A program made the position numbers and the translations under genes. A stretch of DNA of 64,000 nucleotides, from positions 93,808,001-93,872,000 of the forward strand of contig NC_086097.1 of NCBI RefSeq assembly GCF_963921235.1. Reading direction: 5' to 3'. Positions within the stretch are counted from its first letter, which is position 1, and each line of letters starts with the position of its first letter. Below are positions 1-12,813 of the stretch, piece after piece. This stretch comes from Mobula hypostoma. Taxonomy: Eukaryota. The notes beneath the pieces were generated by a model. It had not been told where the DNA came from and did not search any database. It saw nothing but the letters and a program-made list of their open reading frames with translations.

Positions 1-2600
1 AATGTCCCTGTGTTTATTTGATGATTGAGCACATCCCTGTGTTCATTTAATGATGGAGTATGTCCCTGAGTGTATTCGATGATGGAGCACCTCGGTGTGT
101 TTATTTTATGATGGATTACGTCCCTGTGCTTATCTGTTGATGGAGTCACTCCTGTCTTTATTTGATGGAGTACACCCTGTGTTTATTTGATGATGGTGTA
201 CATCCCTGTGTATATTTGATGTACCTTCTTGTGTTTATTTGATGATGGAGTAGATACTTGTGTATATTTGATGGATGGAGTACCTCCCTGTGTTTATTTG
301 ATGATGGAGTACATTCCTGTGTGCATTTGATGATGGAATACTTTGGTATGTTTATTTTATGATGGATTACATCCCTGTGTTTATTTGTTAATGGAGTCAC
401 TCCTGTGTTTAATTGATGATGTAGTACACTCCTGTCTTTATTTGATGATGGTGTACATCACTGTGTTTATTTCATGATGGTGTACGTCCCTGTGTCTATT
501 TGATTGGGGAGTACCTCCATGTTTTTATCTGATGATGGAGTACACCCCTATATTTATTTGATGGTGGAGTACATCCCTGTGTTTATATGGTGATGGAGTA
601 CATCCGTGTGTTTATTTGATAATGGAGTATGTCCCTGTGTTTATCCGATGATTGTGTATATTCCAGTGTTTATATGACGAGGCGAACACCCCTGTGTATA
701 TTTGATGAGGGAGTAGATTTCTGTGGTTATTTGATGATGAAGTACACCCCTGTTTTTTTTTGATGATGTTGATCCCTATGTATATTTGATGTTGGAGTAC
801 GTCCCTGTGTAATTTGATGATGAAGTATCTTCCTGTGTTTATTTGTTGATGGAGTACATTCCTGTGTTTATTTGATGATGGAGTACATTGCTGTGTTTAT
901 TTCATGATGGAGTTCATCCCAGTGTTTATCTGGTGATGGAGCATGTCCCTGTGTTTATTTCATGATGGAGTACATCCATGTGTTTATTTTATGATGCAGT
1001 ATACCCGTGTATTTATTTGATGATGGAGTATGTACACGTGTTTAATTCATGATCAAATACGTCCCTGTGTTTATTTGATGATAGAGTACACCGCTGTGTT
1101 TATTTGATGATGGAGTATGTCCCTGAATTTATTTTATGATGGACTACACCCCTGAGTTTATTTGATGATGGAGTACCTCCCCTTGTAAAATTGATGATGG
1201 AGTACGTGCTTCTGTTTATTTGATGATGGAGTAGGCTCCTGTGTTTATTTGATGATTGAGTACATCCCTCTGTTTATCTTGTGATGGAGTACGTCCCTGT
1301 GTTTATTTGTTGATAGGGTCACCTCTGTGCTTATTTGATGATGGAGTATGTCCCTGTGATTATTTGATGACATCCATGTGTTTATTTGATGATGCAGTAC
1401 ATCACTGTGTTTATATGTTGATGGAGTACATCCCTTTGATTTTTTTCATGATGGTTTATGTTCTTGTGTACATTTGATTGTGGAGTACCTTCTTGTGTTT
1501 ATTTGATGATGGAATATATCCCTGTATTTATTTGATAATGCAGTATGCTCCAGTATTTATTTGATGATGGAGTATATCCCTGTGTTTATTTCACGATGGA
1601 GTTCATCCCTGTGTTTATCTGATGATGGAGTTCATCCCTGTGTTTGTCAGATGATGCAGTACATCCCTGTGTTTATTTGATGATGCAGTACCCCACTGTG
1701 TTTACTTGATGGTTGAGTATGTCCCTGTGTTTATTTGATGAGAGAGTACGTCGCTTTTTTATTTGATGATGGAGTACGTCCCTGAATTAATTTAATGATG
1801 GGAACACCCCTATGTTTATTTAAGATGGATTATGCCCCTCCATTTGTTTGATGATGGGTACACCCCTGTGTTTATTTGATGGTGGAGCACACGCCTATGT
1901 ACATCTGATGATGCAGTACACCTGTGTTTATTTGATGATGGAGTACACCCCTCTCTTTATTTCACGATGGAGTACATCACTGTGTTTATTTGTTGATGGA
2001 GTACATCCCTGTATTTATTTGATGATGGGCTACGCCCCTGTGTTTTTTTTATGTTGGAGTATGTCCCTTTGTTTATTTAATGATGGAGTACAATGCTATG
2101 TTTCTTTCATGATGCAGTACACCCCTGTGTTTGATTCATGATCGAGTATATCCTTGTATTTATTTGATGATGGAGTACATCCCTTTGTTTTTTTCATGAT
2201 GGTTTATGTTCTTGTGTATATTTGATTGTGGAGTACCTCCTTGTGTTTATTTGATGATGGAGTACTACCCTGTGTTTAGTTGATGATGGAGTACCTCCCT
2301 TTGTGTATTTGATGATGGAGTATGCCCCTGTGTTTATCTGACGATTGGTTCATCCCTCTGTTTATTTCATGATGGAAATTCGTTGCTGTGTTTATTTGTT
2401 GAGGGAGTTGTGTCTGTGTTTATTTGATTTTGGAGTGTGTCTTTGTGTTTATTTGATGATGCACTCCACCCCTGAGTACGCCCTTCATTTATTTGATGAA
2501 AGTGTACACCCCTATGTTTATTTAATGATAGAGTACTCCCCTGTGTTTATTTGATGATGGAGTACACCCGTGTTTATATGATACTGATGTACACCTGTAT
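1..2600. repeat. Degenerate 29-bp tandem satellite, consensus GTGTTTATTTGATGATGGAGTACATCCCT, roughly 90 units, truncated by the window start
   Basis: Direct periodic repetition; the ORFs in this region are repeat artefacts. Confidence 0.95.
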
Positions 2601-2882
2601 TTGGGAGGTAACGTGTCAGGGGATATATTGTGACCAAGCAACACTGATATCATTCCTTGTTGAACTGCCGTCCAGTGTGGTGGAATGGCTGCCTGCTTTG
2701 CCACCCATAAAGCTTTGATCCAAAACTAAACTCTTTTTTTCTTGACCTGTTCCCAAGTGGACAGCCCTGCCCCTGATACTCAACGCTGTCCATTACTGCG
2801 TTGCATCTAATGTTTGCAGCTCATTTGCATTTTTAAATAAATCAAATCAAAGTACATTCATTATCAAAGAATGTATAAATTA

Positions 2883-3977
2883 CCAGACAACGAGGTGACC
2901 CGTTGGGGCACCCTTTGAGAGAAGGGTAGTACAGTCTGATGTGACCAGAATGTACATTAAATTTTCCTGAATGCTATTGGTATTGCTCTGCTTTGGAAAC
3001 TAAAGTAGAAAACCTCAGTTTATTAAAGAAGAACGACGCATAGCAAAGCAAATATAGCTCCTCCTCTTTTAACGAAGGACACTTTGATGGCATCATTTCT
3101 TGTTTATCTGCTGCCCTTGTGTCTCTCGATGTCATTCTGGAGACGTGCAGTCCTTTCATCCCCTGTCTCTTCATCTCTTCTGCTGTTTGTTGTTTGTCTC
3201 TGATCCTGGAGCTGTGCATGCCTCTCCTCCTCTGTCTCTTCTTCTCTCATCTTTTTCTGTCCTGACTCTTTCATCCTGGAGTCGTGCGTCCCTGGCCTCA
3301 TCCGATTCTTGTTCTCTCCCTCCCCTTGCCACTTCCTGACGACGTTTGGCATCATTCTTGACCATAATGTCCCCCTTCCCTTTCCACACGGCATAATTAG
3401 GCTGACCATTTTTTTTTACCCTAATGCTGAATAGAAGATACGAAGCACTAACACCAAAGGATGCTGATTATTCTTGATGATGTGGTTGGTGCTCTCCTCA
3501 ATGGACGTGATATAGTCACCGCTGTCCTTTGACTGCAGCAAAGGGTTTTATGGGTGTCTCGAAGTACGTCATTACAATAAGATTTAATTATCTCTTATTG
3601 ATGGGTGGCAGTTAGATATGTCCCAATCCTGCACATGCTGATGGTGATTAGCAGAATGTGACCCCTCGAAATAGAGAGCTGCTTGGCCCTTTTGCTCCAC
3701 TAGGTTTCACTGCTGAGGCTGGCCGTGCGCATACGTCAGGCTGTCGCGTCCCAATTTCCATGATGGCCGATCGGGTCGCGGGTGAAAACCAACCTGTTGA
3801 TTTTTGGCGGATGAGCAATTTTATACGAATATATAACCTGGAACTTTGACTGCATTCTGTAAGTTAGCGCATTTTAATTCGATTTAGCCAAAAAAAGTGC
3901 CGCTGTAATGCTCTGTTTGTGCTAATTGGAGGTCACAAACAGACAGACAGAGCATGAGAGTTTTAGTAGTATAGAGA
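2883..3977 (-). mobile_element. Non-autonomous (internally deleted) Helitron, about 1.1 kb
   Basis: On the minus strand it starts 5'-TCTCTATACTACTAAAA and ends CTGG (CTRR). A GC hairpin (GGTGACCC-GTT-GGGGCACC on +, about 2894-2912) lies about 10 nt from the end. It sits between A and T with no TSD. Decayed E/R-rich coding remnant (ESDEARDARLQD, EETGDERTARLQND) resembles RepHel N-termini. Confidence 0.8.
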
Positions 3978-4904
3978 TACAACTTTGAAATTTGTCTGTT
4001 TACAGGCAGTTGCAAAGTCAGAAACCCCAAAGAACCTAATTAAAATAAAAGTAAAGGCCAACTCCCAAAGCGCACAGCCTAAGAGAATAAAACACAAATC
4101 ATGCAAACAACAGAAGCGAGCAACAACAGCAGCATTCCGAACCAAATTGAGATCCAAATCCCCGGAACAGCCCAGAGTAGGCCCAAAGCCTCGGTCTCAG
4201 TTCACCGTATTCGTGGGGCAAATCGTCACAAAGTCCGCAGACATTCTTTTGGTCCTTGTCTTCAAGATCATATTCATTCCCTGCTGCATAGCACGAGTGA
4301 GCTACATCTCCTGCCTTCTTCTCTCCTTGTATGTTAATGCTTTCTTCATTTGTTTAGGCTGTGATTTGAGCTTCTGTCTGGATAGCACCATTAAATTTTG
4401 TAGTGTCTTACACAGTTTAAATTCTCCTTTTGCTAATGAATACATCCAATATTCTCTGTGCACACAGAGTATTGCTTTGCCTAGATTTTCAGTGGGAACT
4501 GGAAGACAGCTGCACAAAGATATGTGGCATGCAGGAGCCAATGACATGTATTTTGAACCCCTGAGTTTGCTCTGTTTTATCAGGCTCTAGGAATCACTGG
4601 CCTCACTTCCTTCTGGATTATCAATGGTGGTTAATCAGCCTGAGTCAGCCACACCACCCAGTGAAGCTACATCCACCTACTCCGTCTCTTGGTGAATAGT
4701 CTCCCCACTCATGCTCAGGTTAAAATGACCGAGTAGAACCCAAACCTCAAGGCTCATATTCAGCATGTGTCCCAGTATTTACCACAAATGTAAACAATGC
4801 TTCTCACAATTCCCCATAGATTATAGCAAATAGAAATATACTCAGAACAACCTTAATTTATGCTAAACACGAGTAAGTCTGCAGATGCTGGAAATACAAA
4901 GCCG

Positions 4905-6455
4905 AGGTTAGCTCACTGCCTTTTGTGTTTTGAAAGGCAGAATAAAACCACCAGGGTAAATCCTGCAGCATCTAGTGACCCTGTGATCTCTGGCTTGGAG
5001 GCCAATGTTAGAACATCTTTCAAGAGGGTGAACCCTTGCAAGGCATCATGCCCTGATGGTGTACCTGGTAGGGCACTGAAAACCTGTGCCAACCAGCTGG
5101 CAGGCATGTCCAGGGACAATTTCACCCTCTCACTGTTGCAGTCGGAGCTTCCCACCTGCTTCAGAAGGGTGGCAATCATACCGGTGCCCAAGAAGAGCAG
5201 GGTGAGCAGCCTCAATGACTGTCACCCAGTTGCACTCACATCGACTGTGATGTAGTGCTTTGAGAGGTTGTTCATGGCCAGAATCAACTCCTGCCTAAGC
5301 AGAGACCTGGACCCACTGTTATTTCCCTATCGCCACAACAGTTCTACAGCAGACGCAATCTCACTGGCTCTCCACTCAGCCTTGGATCATCCGGAGAACA
5401 GTAATACCTTCATCAGGATGCTGTTTACTGATTACAGCTCAGGGATCAACTCCACCATACCCTCTGTACAAATCCACAAGCCTCCAAACCTGGGCCTCTG
5501 TTTCTCCCCCTGCAACTGGATCCTTGACTTCCTCACCAGGAGACCACAGTCAATGCGAATCAGAAATAACATCTCCTCCTCGCTCGCAATCAACGCTGTC
5601 ACGCTTACCCACTGCTTTACTCTCTCTACATCCCTGAGTGTGTGGCTAACCACAGCTCTAACACCAGCTATAAAATAGTTGATGAAACAACTATTGTTAA
5701 CAGAATTTCATATGGTGACAAGGAGGTGTACAGGACTGAGATAGAGGAGCTGATTGAGTGGTGTCACAACAACAACCTTGCATTCAATGTCAGACCAAGG
5801 AATTGGTTGTGGACTTCAGGAAGGGAAAGTTGAGGGAACACAGACCAGTCCTCTTCAAGGGATCAGTAGTGGAAATGGAGAGCAGTATTAAGTTCCTGGG
5901 TGTCAAAATCCCTGAGGGTCCATCCTGGGTCCAACATATTGATGCAGTTACAAAGAAGGCACGACAGTGGCTATATTTCATTAGGGGTTTGAGGAGAATT
6001 GGTATGTCACAAAAGACACTCATAAATCTCTACAGATGTTCTGTGCAAAGGTTCAGAAAAAGCTGCAGAAAGTTGCAGACCCAGCCAGCTCCATCATGGG
6101 CACTAGCCTCCCGTACATCCAGGATACCTTCAAAAGGTGATGCCTCAGAAAGGTGGTACCCATCATTAAGGACCCCCTTCACCCAGGACATGCCCTCTTC
6201 TCATTGCTACCATTAAGAAGGAACTCACAGAAGCCTGAGGACACACACTCAATGTTTCAGGAACAGCTTCTTCCCCTCCGCCATCAGATTTCTGAATGGA
6301 CATTGAACCCATGAACACTACCTCACTATTATCTATAGTTTCCCTCTCTTTTGTACTACTTATTTATTTTTATATGTACTTCTTATTGAAATTTATAGTT
6401 TATATTATTATATATTATATTGTACTGCTGCCACATACAACAAATTTGACGATAT
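4905..6455 (+). mobile_element. Degraded 5'-truncated Rex1/Babar-like LINE (RT remnant)
   Basis: Frameshifted peptides KASCPDGVPGRALKTCANQLA, IIPVPKKSRVSSLNDCHPVALTS, STADAISLALHSALDH, KTKELVVDFRK-like, KFLGV. Confidence 0.85.
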
Positions 6456-6699
6456 TGAATTGAATTGACTTTATTTCTTACATCCTTCAAATACATGAGG
6501 AGTAAAAGTATTTATGTTAGGTCTCCGTTCAAATGTGCAATGTTCCATCATAGTAATTTATAGTAAATATTATATGCTGGTGATGTTAAGTCTGATTCTG
6601 ATTGTGAAGAGTTCTCTCGGACTGATATTGTACTCTGTAGATGTTGCCTTGTAGGTGCCCTGTAGGCTGGAGATAACTGATTGTTTTCATTCCTAACAG

Positions 6700-6821
6700 T
6701 CTAGTGAAGGCATTCAGTTTACCCGAACTCATCACGTAGTTCGAAAGACAACATTGTATGACATGGATGTGGATTCCACGCGGAAGTACGCTGCTGTTGG
6801 GTGCCAGGACAGGAGCATTCG
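6700..6821 (+). CDS. MAPKBP1: MAPKBP1 coding exon (first in window; WD40 region) [41 protein letters not shown]
   Basis: cctaacag|TCT ... CG|gtgagt; phase 0 to 2; peptide matches recalled MAPKBP1 [29 protein letters not shown]. Confidence 0.95.
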
Positions 6822-7240
6822 GTGAGTTGGATCCAGCTGTTATGATCAGCTTCAGGTTCATGCAAGAAAACCTCATACAGCTCCTGCAGTAGGGGCCATT
6901 ACACAGAGCTACTCCTTGTCCCCTCTACCTCGAGGTGAAGAATTACTTTTTTAATTGGTTTAGTGAGCTCCAAGGACATTGATGAAGCCCAGGTGGGGCA
7001 GGAGATACTAGCTCAGTGAGTGGGTAGCTGGTACTCTCCTTCCACCACTTCAGCAGGGCTTCTGTGTGCTCCCAGTGCACAGGCTCGAGACTCTTAGTGC
7101 TAGTGCCAGTCTGAATGATTCCTTCCACTTTGGACCACCATAGCCAAAGTGGTATTTCCTTGACACTGTTCCTTTGCTATCCTGGTCTTCTATTCTCATG
7201 ATGGAGATACAGTAATTGTTTCAGAATCTGGTCTTGGGAA

Positions 7241-7880
7241 TTTCAAAGTTCAAAGTAAATTTATTATCAAAATATATCCATGTCACCATATGCAACCCTG
7301 AGATTCCTCTTCTTGCGGGCAATCACAGTAGATACAAGAAAAGCAATAGAGTCTGTGAGAGACCACATCCAGCAGGGTGGACAACAGTCAACGTGCAAAA
7401 AAAAAACAATTGTGCAAATACACAAAGAAAGAGAAAAAAATTATAATCGTAATAATAAATAAATGAGCAATAAATACCAAGAACGTGAGATGAAAAGTTG
7501 TGGAAAGTGGGTTCATCAGTTGTGGGAATGATTCAGTGATGGGGCAAGTGAAGTTGAGTGAAGTTATCCCCTCTGGTTCAAGAGCCTGATGGTTGAGGGG
7601 TAATGACTGTTCCTGAACCTGGTGGTGTGAGTCCTGAGGCTCCTGTACCTCCTTCCTGGTGGCAGCAGTGAGAAGAGAGCATGTCCTGGGTGGTAGGGAA
7701 GGCTTTACCCATCATGCACTGGGCCATATTCACTACTTTTTGTGTTTTTTTCTGTCCAAGGGTATTGGTATTCCATAACAGGCTGTAATGCAACCAGTCC
7801 ATATACTCCCCACCACACACCTGTAGAAGTTTGTCAAAGTTTCAGATAACATGCTGAATCTTTGCAAACCTCTAAGAAAG
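7241..7880 (-). mobile_element. Rex1/L2-type LINE 3' fragment
   Basis: Minus-strand remnant FLRGLQRFSMLSETLTNFYRC and a (TTTGAA)n-type tail. Confidence 0.7.
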
Positions 7881-7909
7881 CAGAGTTCCCCCCCCCCCCG
7901 CCCCACCGA

Positions 7910-8152
7910 ATTAGGGTCACGTGAAGCCATGGGGGCAGGTGGTGGATGGTTGTGTGAGCAGACGGTGCAAGCCACGAGTCCTGGTGATGTGATCACTGGC
8001 GACAGGCAGACAACCTCTGCAGAGTTTTGATAATGGCTGGGGTTACCCATCTTGTAAAGACGCTGCCCAGAAGAAATCAAAAGCAAAAAACAGTCATGAT
8101 CGTAAAGACCGTAATCAGCCACATCGTATGACAGGGCTCATAATGATGATGA
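7910..8152 (+). mobile_element. Partial copy of RTE-tailed SINE-like family
   Basis: Aligns by eye with 17150-17531 (gggtcacgtgaagccatggg..ggtggtggatggt, cttgtaaagacgctgcccagaagaa). Confidence 0.7.
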
Positions 8153-8161
8153 ATATAGTCC

Positions 8162-8518
8162 TCGGTGTGGGGACGGGTATACCCCACAGTGTGGGGACAG
8201 GTATACCCCTCAGTGTGGGGACAGGTATTCCCCCTCAATGTGGGGACGGGTATCCCCTCTGTGTGGGGATGGGTATTCCCCTCAGTATGGGGACCGGTAT
8301 ACCCCTCAGTGTGGGGACTGGTATACCCCACAGTATGGGGATGGGTATACCCCTCAGTGTGGGGATAGGTATACCCCCTCGGTATGGGGATGGGTATGAC
8401 CCCCTCAGTGTGGGGACGGGTATGACCCTCTCGGTGTGGGGACGGGTATACCCCTCGGTGTGGGGACGGGTACACCCCTTTCAGTGTGGGGACGGGTATA
8501 CCCCTCAGTGTGGGGACA
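8162..8518. repeat. 24-bp minisatellite CAGTGTGGGGACGGGTATACCCCT, about 15 copies
   Basis: Direct tandem repetition. Confidence 0.95.
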
Positions 8519-8898
8519 GCACTGACAACCTAATCAGTACCGTCTACCTTTTTACAGTATCGTTTACCAATATATTTCTGATTGTGTTGTGTTTCTGTGT
8601 GCTCCATTACCTCTCTGGCATCCCCCAAACATCTGAAAATGAAACTGGCATTTCCCATGTGGTTGTGTAAGGCACTGAGATGCCGTACACCTTCCAGCTT
8701 AGCTTTGCATGATACCTCGCTACAGCCCCGAATGAATAAACTGAATACACACACTGAGCAATGGGCTGTTATGGAAGCACAGTTTCTACTGGCCTTACCT
8801 TGATTTCCCCGCAGGTTTATTGGTGGAATGGCTTTACATGTCTGTGTACGGTACATTTCTAGATTGCTCTCTCACTGTCGGCACTGTCTTCCCTGCAG

Positions 8899-8974
8899 AA
8901 TATTTAACATTAGCAATGGGAAACAGAAGAAGCTGTACAAGGGATCTCAGGGAGAAGATGGAACGCTGATCAAG
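8899..8974 (+). CDS. MAPKBP1: MAPKBP1 coding exon [25 protein letters not shown]
   Basis: ccctgcag|A ... AAG|gtgagt; phase 2 to 0; near-identical to recalled MAPKBP1 [25 protein letters not shown]. Confidence 0.96.
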
Positions 8975-9639
8975 GTGAGTGTTCCTGGATCAGTGCAACG
9001 TGCCACTTCTCAAGGGCGAGCAACGGGACAAATCGACCAGCAAGGAACATTTTGCACCCTTGATTCCTTTTGGATCACCTCTGTGCCCCTTAAGTCAAAA
9101 GTTCTGTTCCATTTGTTACCTTGGAAACTAGCGAGGCCGCTGCAGAAAGATGGTAAATGAACATCAAAGGAATACCGAGGCTGGAAATCGGAAATGAAAA
9201 CCAGAAAATGCCATAAACACAAAGCAGGTCAGGTAGCATCTGTGGGAATGGAAGCAAAGTTAACATTTCAGGTCGTAGGTCCTTTGTCGGAGCCGAAATG
9301 TGTCTTTCTCCACAAGTGCTGCCTAACTGGATGAGTGTTTGTGGTATATCCTGCTATTATTAAGAGCAGTGTAAGATCGCAGCTCTCCAGCCTGGGGTAT
9401 TTCCCATCTGGTCCAATGGATTTGTTGGTTACCAGTCCTACTAATCTCACCAGTACTTCTTGTAACTGGCATCTCTGTTATTTATTTCTACCTCATTATA
9501 ACTTCACATTGAACTGAGATCAATGATATGCCGAGCTAATTAAATTAGGGAATCAAATTTCCAGCTAAACAAATCCCCACAGCCTACACTGAATCCATAT
9601 CCTTCCGTTTCCTGCACTATGGAACAACATTAGCAACTT

Positions 9640-11170
9640 GTCATTTCTCTGGGACTGCAGAAGACATGAAGATACTGCTTAATCTCACCTCTTGCCTTTC
9701 TCAATAGCCCAGGGTATATCCCGTCGGCCCTGGGGACTTATCTGCCTTAATGTTAAGAGACGCAACATTACTCCTTCTTTATCTCTGAATGTCGTAGCAT
9801 TGTAGCATGCTCCACACAACTCCCTCTCCTCTACATCCTTGGGAAAAACTAAATCAAAGTACTCATTTAGGACCTCACCCCTGTCCTCTGTCTCCAAGCA
9901 CGTTACCTCTTTCATTTTTGAGTCCTACCTGCTTCCTAGTTATCCACTTGCTCTTGATGTATGTACAGAATTCCTTAGGATTCTCTTTAACTCTACTGCC
10001 AACGACTTTTCTTGGCCCCTCCTAGCTCTTCTAATTCCTTCTTGAGCTCTTTGCTGGCTTCTTTATAGTCCCCAAGAGTTCTGTTTGATTTTAGCTTCCT
10101 AAACCTCACATAAATTTCCTTTCTGTTCTTGACTAATTTCACCACCTCTCTCAACATCCAAAGTTCGTTTACCTTGCTATCTTATCCTTCCTTCTGACTG
10201 GAGCATACCTGTCCTGTACACTGTGCAGTTGGACTTTAGATACCTTCCACACGTCAGACGTGGACTTGCCCAAAAACAGCTGTTCCCAATGAACTCGCCC
10301 TGTTTCTGCCTAATTCTCCCATAACTTGTCCTGTTCCAATTTAGTACTCTCTCCCAAGGTCCATACTTATCCAAATCTATAGCTATCTTAAAACTTAAAA
10401 GTTATGATCACTGCTCTCTAATTGTTCTCTCATTGAGAGGTCAGTCAGCTGGCGAAGCCCATTACCCAACACCAGGTCCCGTTTGGCCCTTCCTTTTGTT
10501 GGACCTAACAAAATCTGCCCTGTCTAAACTGCTTGCAGTAAGGAGGTCGCAGTCTCTATTGGGGAAGTTGAAGTCACCCACTGCAACAACCCTGTTTTTT
10601 TATAGCTTTCACTAATCTGCTGGCATATCTGTTCCTCAATGTCCTAGTGGATACAGGGATACAGGGGGTGGTACCTGTAGTATAATCCCATCAGAGTGAT
10701 ACCTGTTCCTGAATATCCCAGTGGATACAGGGGGTGGAATCTGTACTATAATCCCATCAGAGTGGGATTATTATTTTTATTGTTTTTTGAGTTCTAACCC
10801 ACACAGACACAATAGGTGAGACCTGTTTTGTGCCCCTCTGAGTGCAACTGTGATATTGGCCCTGATTAGTAGTGCAACTCCTGCCCATCCCACCTTTAGC
10901 TCCTGCTTTCTCTTTTCTGGAACATTAAGCATCCATTCCTGTCCCTCTCTCAACCAAGGTTCTGTTATGGCCACTGCATCATAGTTCAGTGTACTGATCC
11001 AGGCTCTAAATTCATCAGCCTCATGCTTAATACACCTAGCATTAAAATATATACACTTCAACCAGCCCATCGCATTGTGTCTATTGTCTTGTTCCTACTG
11101 GTCATGACTTTCCTCTCAATCCCTCCACTTTCTGATTTGGTTCCCTTCATCCTGCCTAAGTAATTTAATT
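9640..11170 (-). mobile_element. Old degraded CR1 LINE fragment (endonuclease to early RT)
   Basis: Minus-strand remnants LKCIYFNARCIKHEADEFRAWIST, GEVLNEYFDLVF, homologous to the young CR1 at 48915-52809. Confidence 0.85.
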
Positions 11171-11211
11171 CTCCCAAGCTGCTTCTGTTAAGATGCCCAT
11201 GCTTGCTTGTA

Positions 11212-12096
11212 CAAATTGTGTACCCCTTATCCAAAACTCAAAAATCTGGAAACCTCCGAAATCCAAATATTTTTTGAGCGTAGACCTGACTTCACAAATG
11301 GAAATTCCACAAGGTGCTGGGAAGATTCCCAGGCGATGAGTGGGTCTCCTCTCACCACAGACAGTTCTGAGATGTGACCTCACATAGGTAATGAACGGAA
11401 GTTAATAAAAAAATAGAAAAACACTGCATAAAGCGAAATGAAGATCTCGATCGTGTATTGAAATAGCAACGTCAGTATGTCATGTCGCTTAATGATATGC
11501 TGATTGTGAAATAAGCAAAGATCTATCACGACGAGCTGAAAGTTGAAGATAATTGTTAATATACAGCAGGCAGCTTGAAGAAATTTAAGAAAAGGCACAG
11601 CATCAAATTTCTGAAGTATCTGCTGATCACCAAGCAGCCGAGTAATTCATTGAGTTTGCTGAGATCATCACTGATGAAAACCAGAACAAGTCTACAGTCT
11701 GATTGTTTTTATACCTTACATAAAACATTTAATAAGTAAAATACCAATACAGTGTACTGTAACCTGTTAATCAAAACACAGCATTGTAGGCAGAGATTGA
11801 AAGCCTGCTATTGTTTGTTGTTCAACAGCTGATTCAGGTATTCTCTCCCGATGCTGCTCTGCTGGTTTTGTTACCCTGCACACAGTATAGTTTCATTGTA
11901 TTAATGGTATGGAATAATTTTTACTGTTAAGTACCTGTGTGATGAAGTACAAGACAAAGACTGGTTACTGGTAGCACGTAAATTCGGGATTGGAAATGAT
12001 GGTCACCCCAAGTCATCCCAAGCTCTCTTAACAAAACCCCAAAAAGTACAGAATCTGAAGCCCTTCTGGCCACAAACATTTTGGATACTCAACCTG
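11212..12096 (+). mobile_element. Internally deleted Tigger4/Zombi-like pogo DNA transposon
   Basis: TA at 11210-11211 and 12097-12098; decayed TIRs CAAATTGTGTACCCCTTATCC and GGATACTCAACCTG; CENP-B-type HTH remnant (EDLDRVLK, AKIYHDELKVE, LKKFKKRHSIKFLK). Confidence 0.8.
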
Positions 12097-12522
12097 TATT
12101 ATTCTTTTCCAGTCTGTAATCTGGTAAAAGCTTTTCTTGGCAGTTTTAATATTTCTTGCTGACTTACTGCGATGTTTCCCCCATCAGTATTTTCTTCATT
12201 CTCCGTTGCTTCCTGAAGCTTTCCCAAGATTCAGCTCAATAACAAAATGAAAAATTCTTCTTTTCTATTGATCAATCACCTTGTGCACGACAGATGCATC
12301 ATTTTTTCCACAGTCTTACTTCTCAGTGGAATGTATACTGGTGAGGATGAAGATGGAGTCCTTCAAGAGATTTGCTATTACCTATTGATTAGCACAGCTT
12401 TAAGATAGGTTTTTAATTTTCCTTACCGTTTATCTGCAAAATGGGCTGTAATTTAATGAACCCTGAAACCATCACTCTGTGTTGTCCCAACACAATTTTC
12501 TGATTCTCATTTCCATTCTTTG

Positions 12523-12568
<46 letters not shown>

Positions 12569-12615
12569 TCTCCCCCCCCACCCCCCCTCCCTCTCTCCCC
12601 CTCCCTCTCTCCCCT
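12523..12615. repeat. (CT)n / C-rich microsatellite
   Basis: Direct. Confidence 0.9.
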
Positions 12616-12701
12616 GTCCATCTATCTCTGCACTGACCAACCTGTTTGATCGGAAGCTCCTGAGTTAATGTAACTAATATGGCGCGTCTGATTTTATCCA
12701 G

Positions 12702-12813
12702 GTTCAGATTGATCCATCTGGGCTATACATCGCGACCAGCTGCTCTGATAAGAATCTTTCCATTTTTGACTTTTACTCCGGCGAGTGTGTTGCCACCATG
12801 TTTGGACACTCAG
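12702..12813 (+). CDS. MAPKBP1: MAPKBP1 coding exon [37 protein letters not shown]
   Basis: ttatccag|GTT ... G|gtgagt; phase 0 to 1; WD40 repeat matching MAPKBP1. Confidence 0.96.

Noticed and set aside
3985..4590. 201-aa ORF
   Set aside because: Non-ATG start, overlaps an antisense repeat remnant, no recognisable domain
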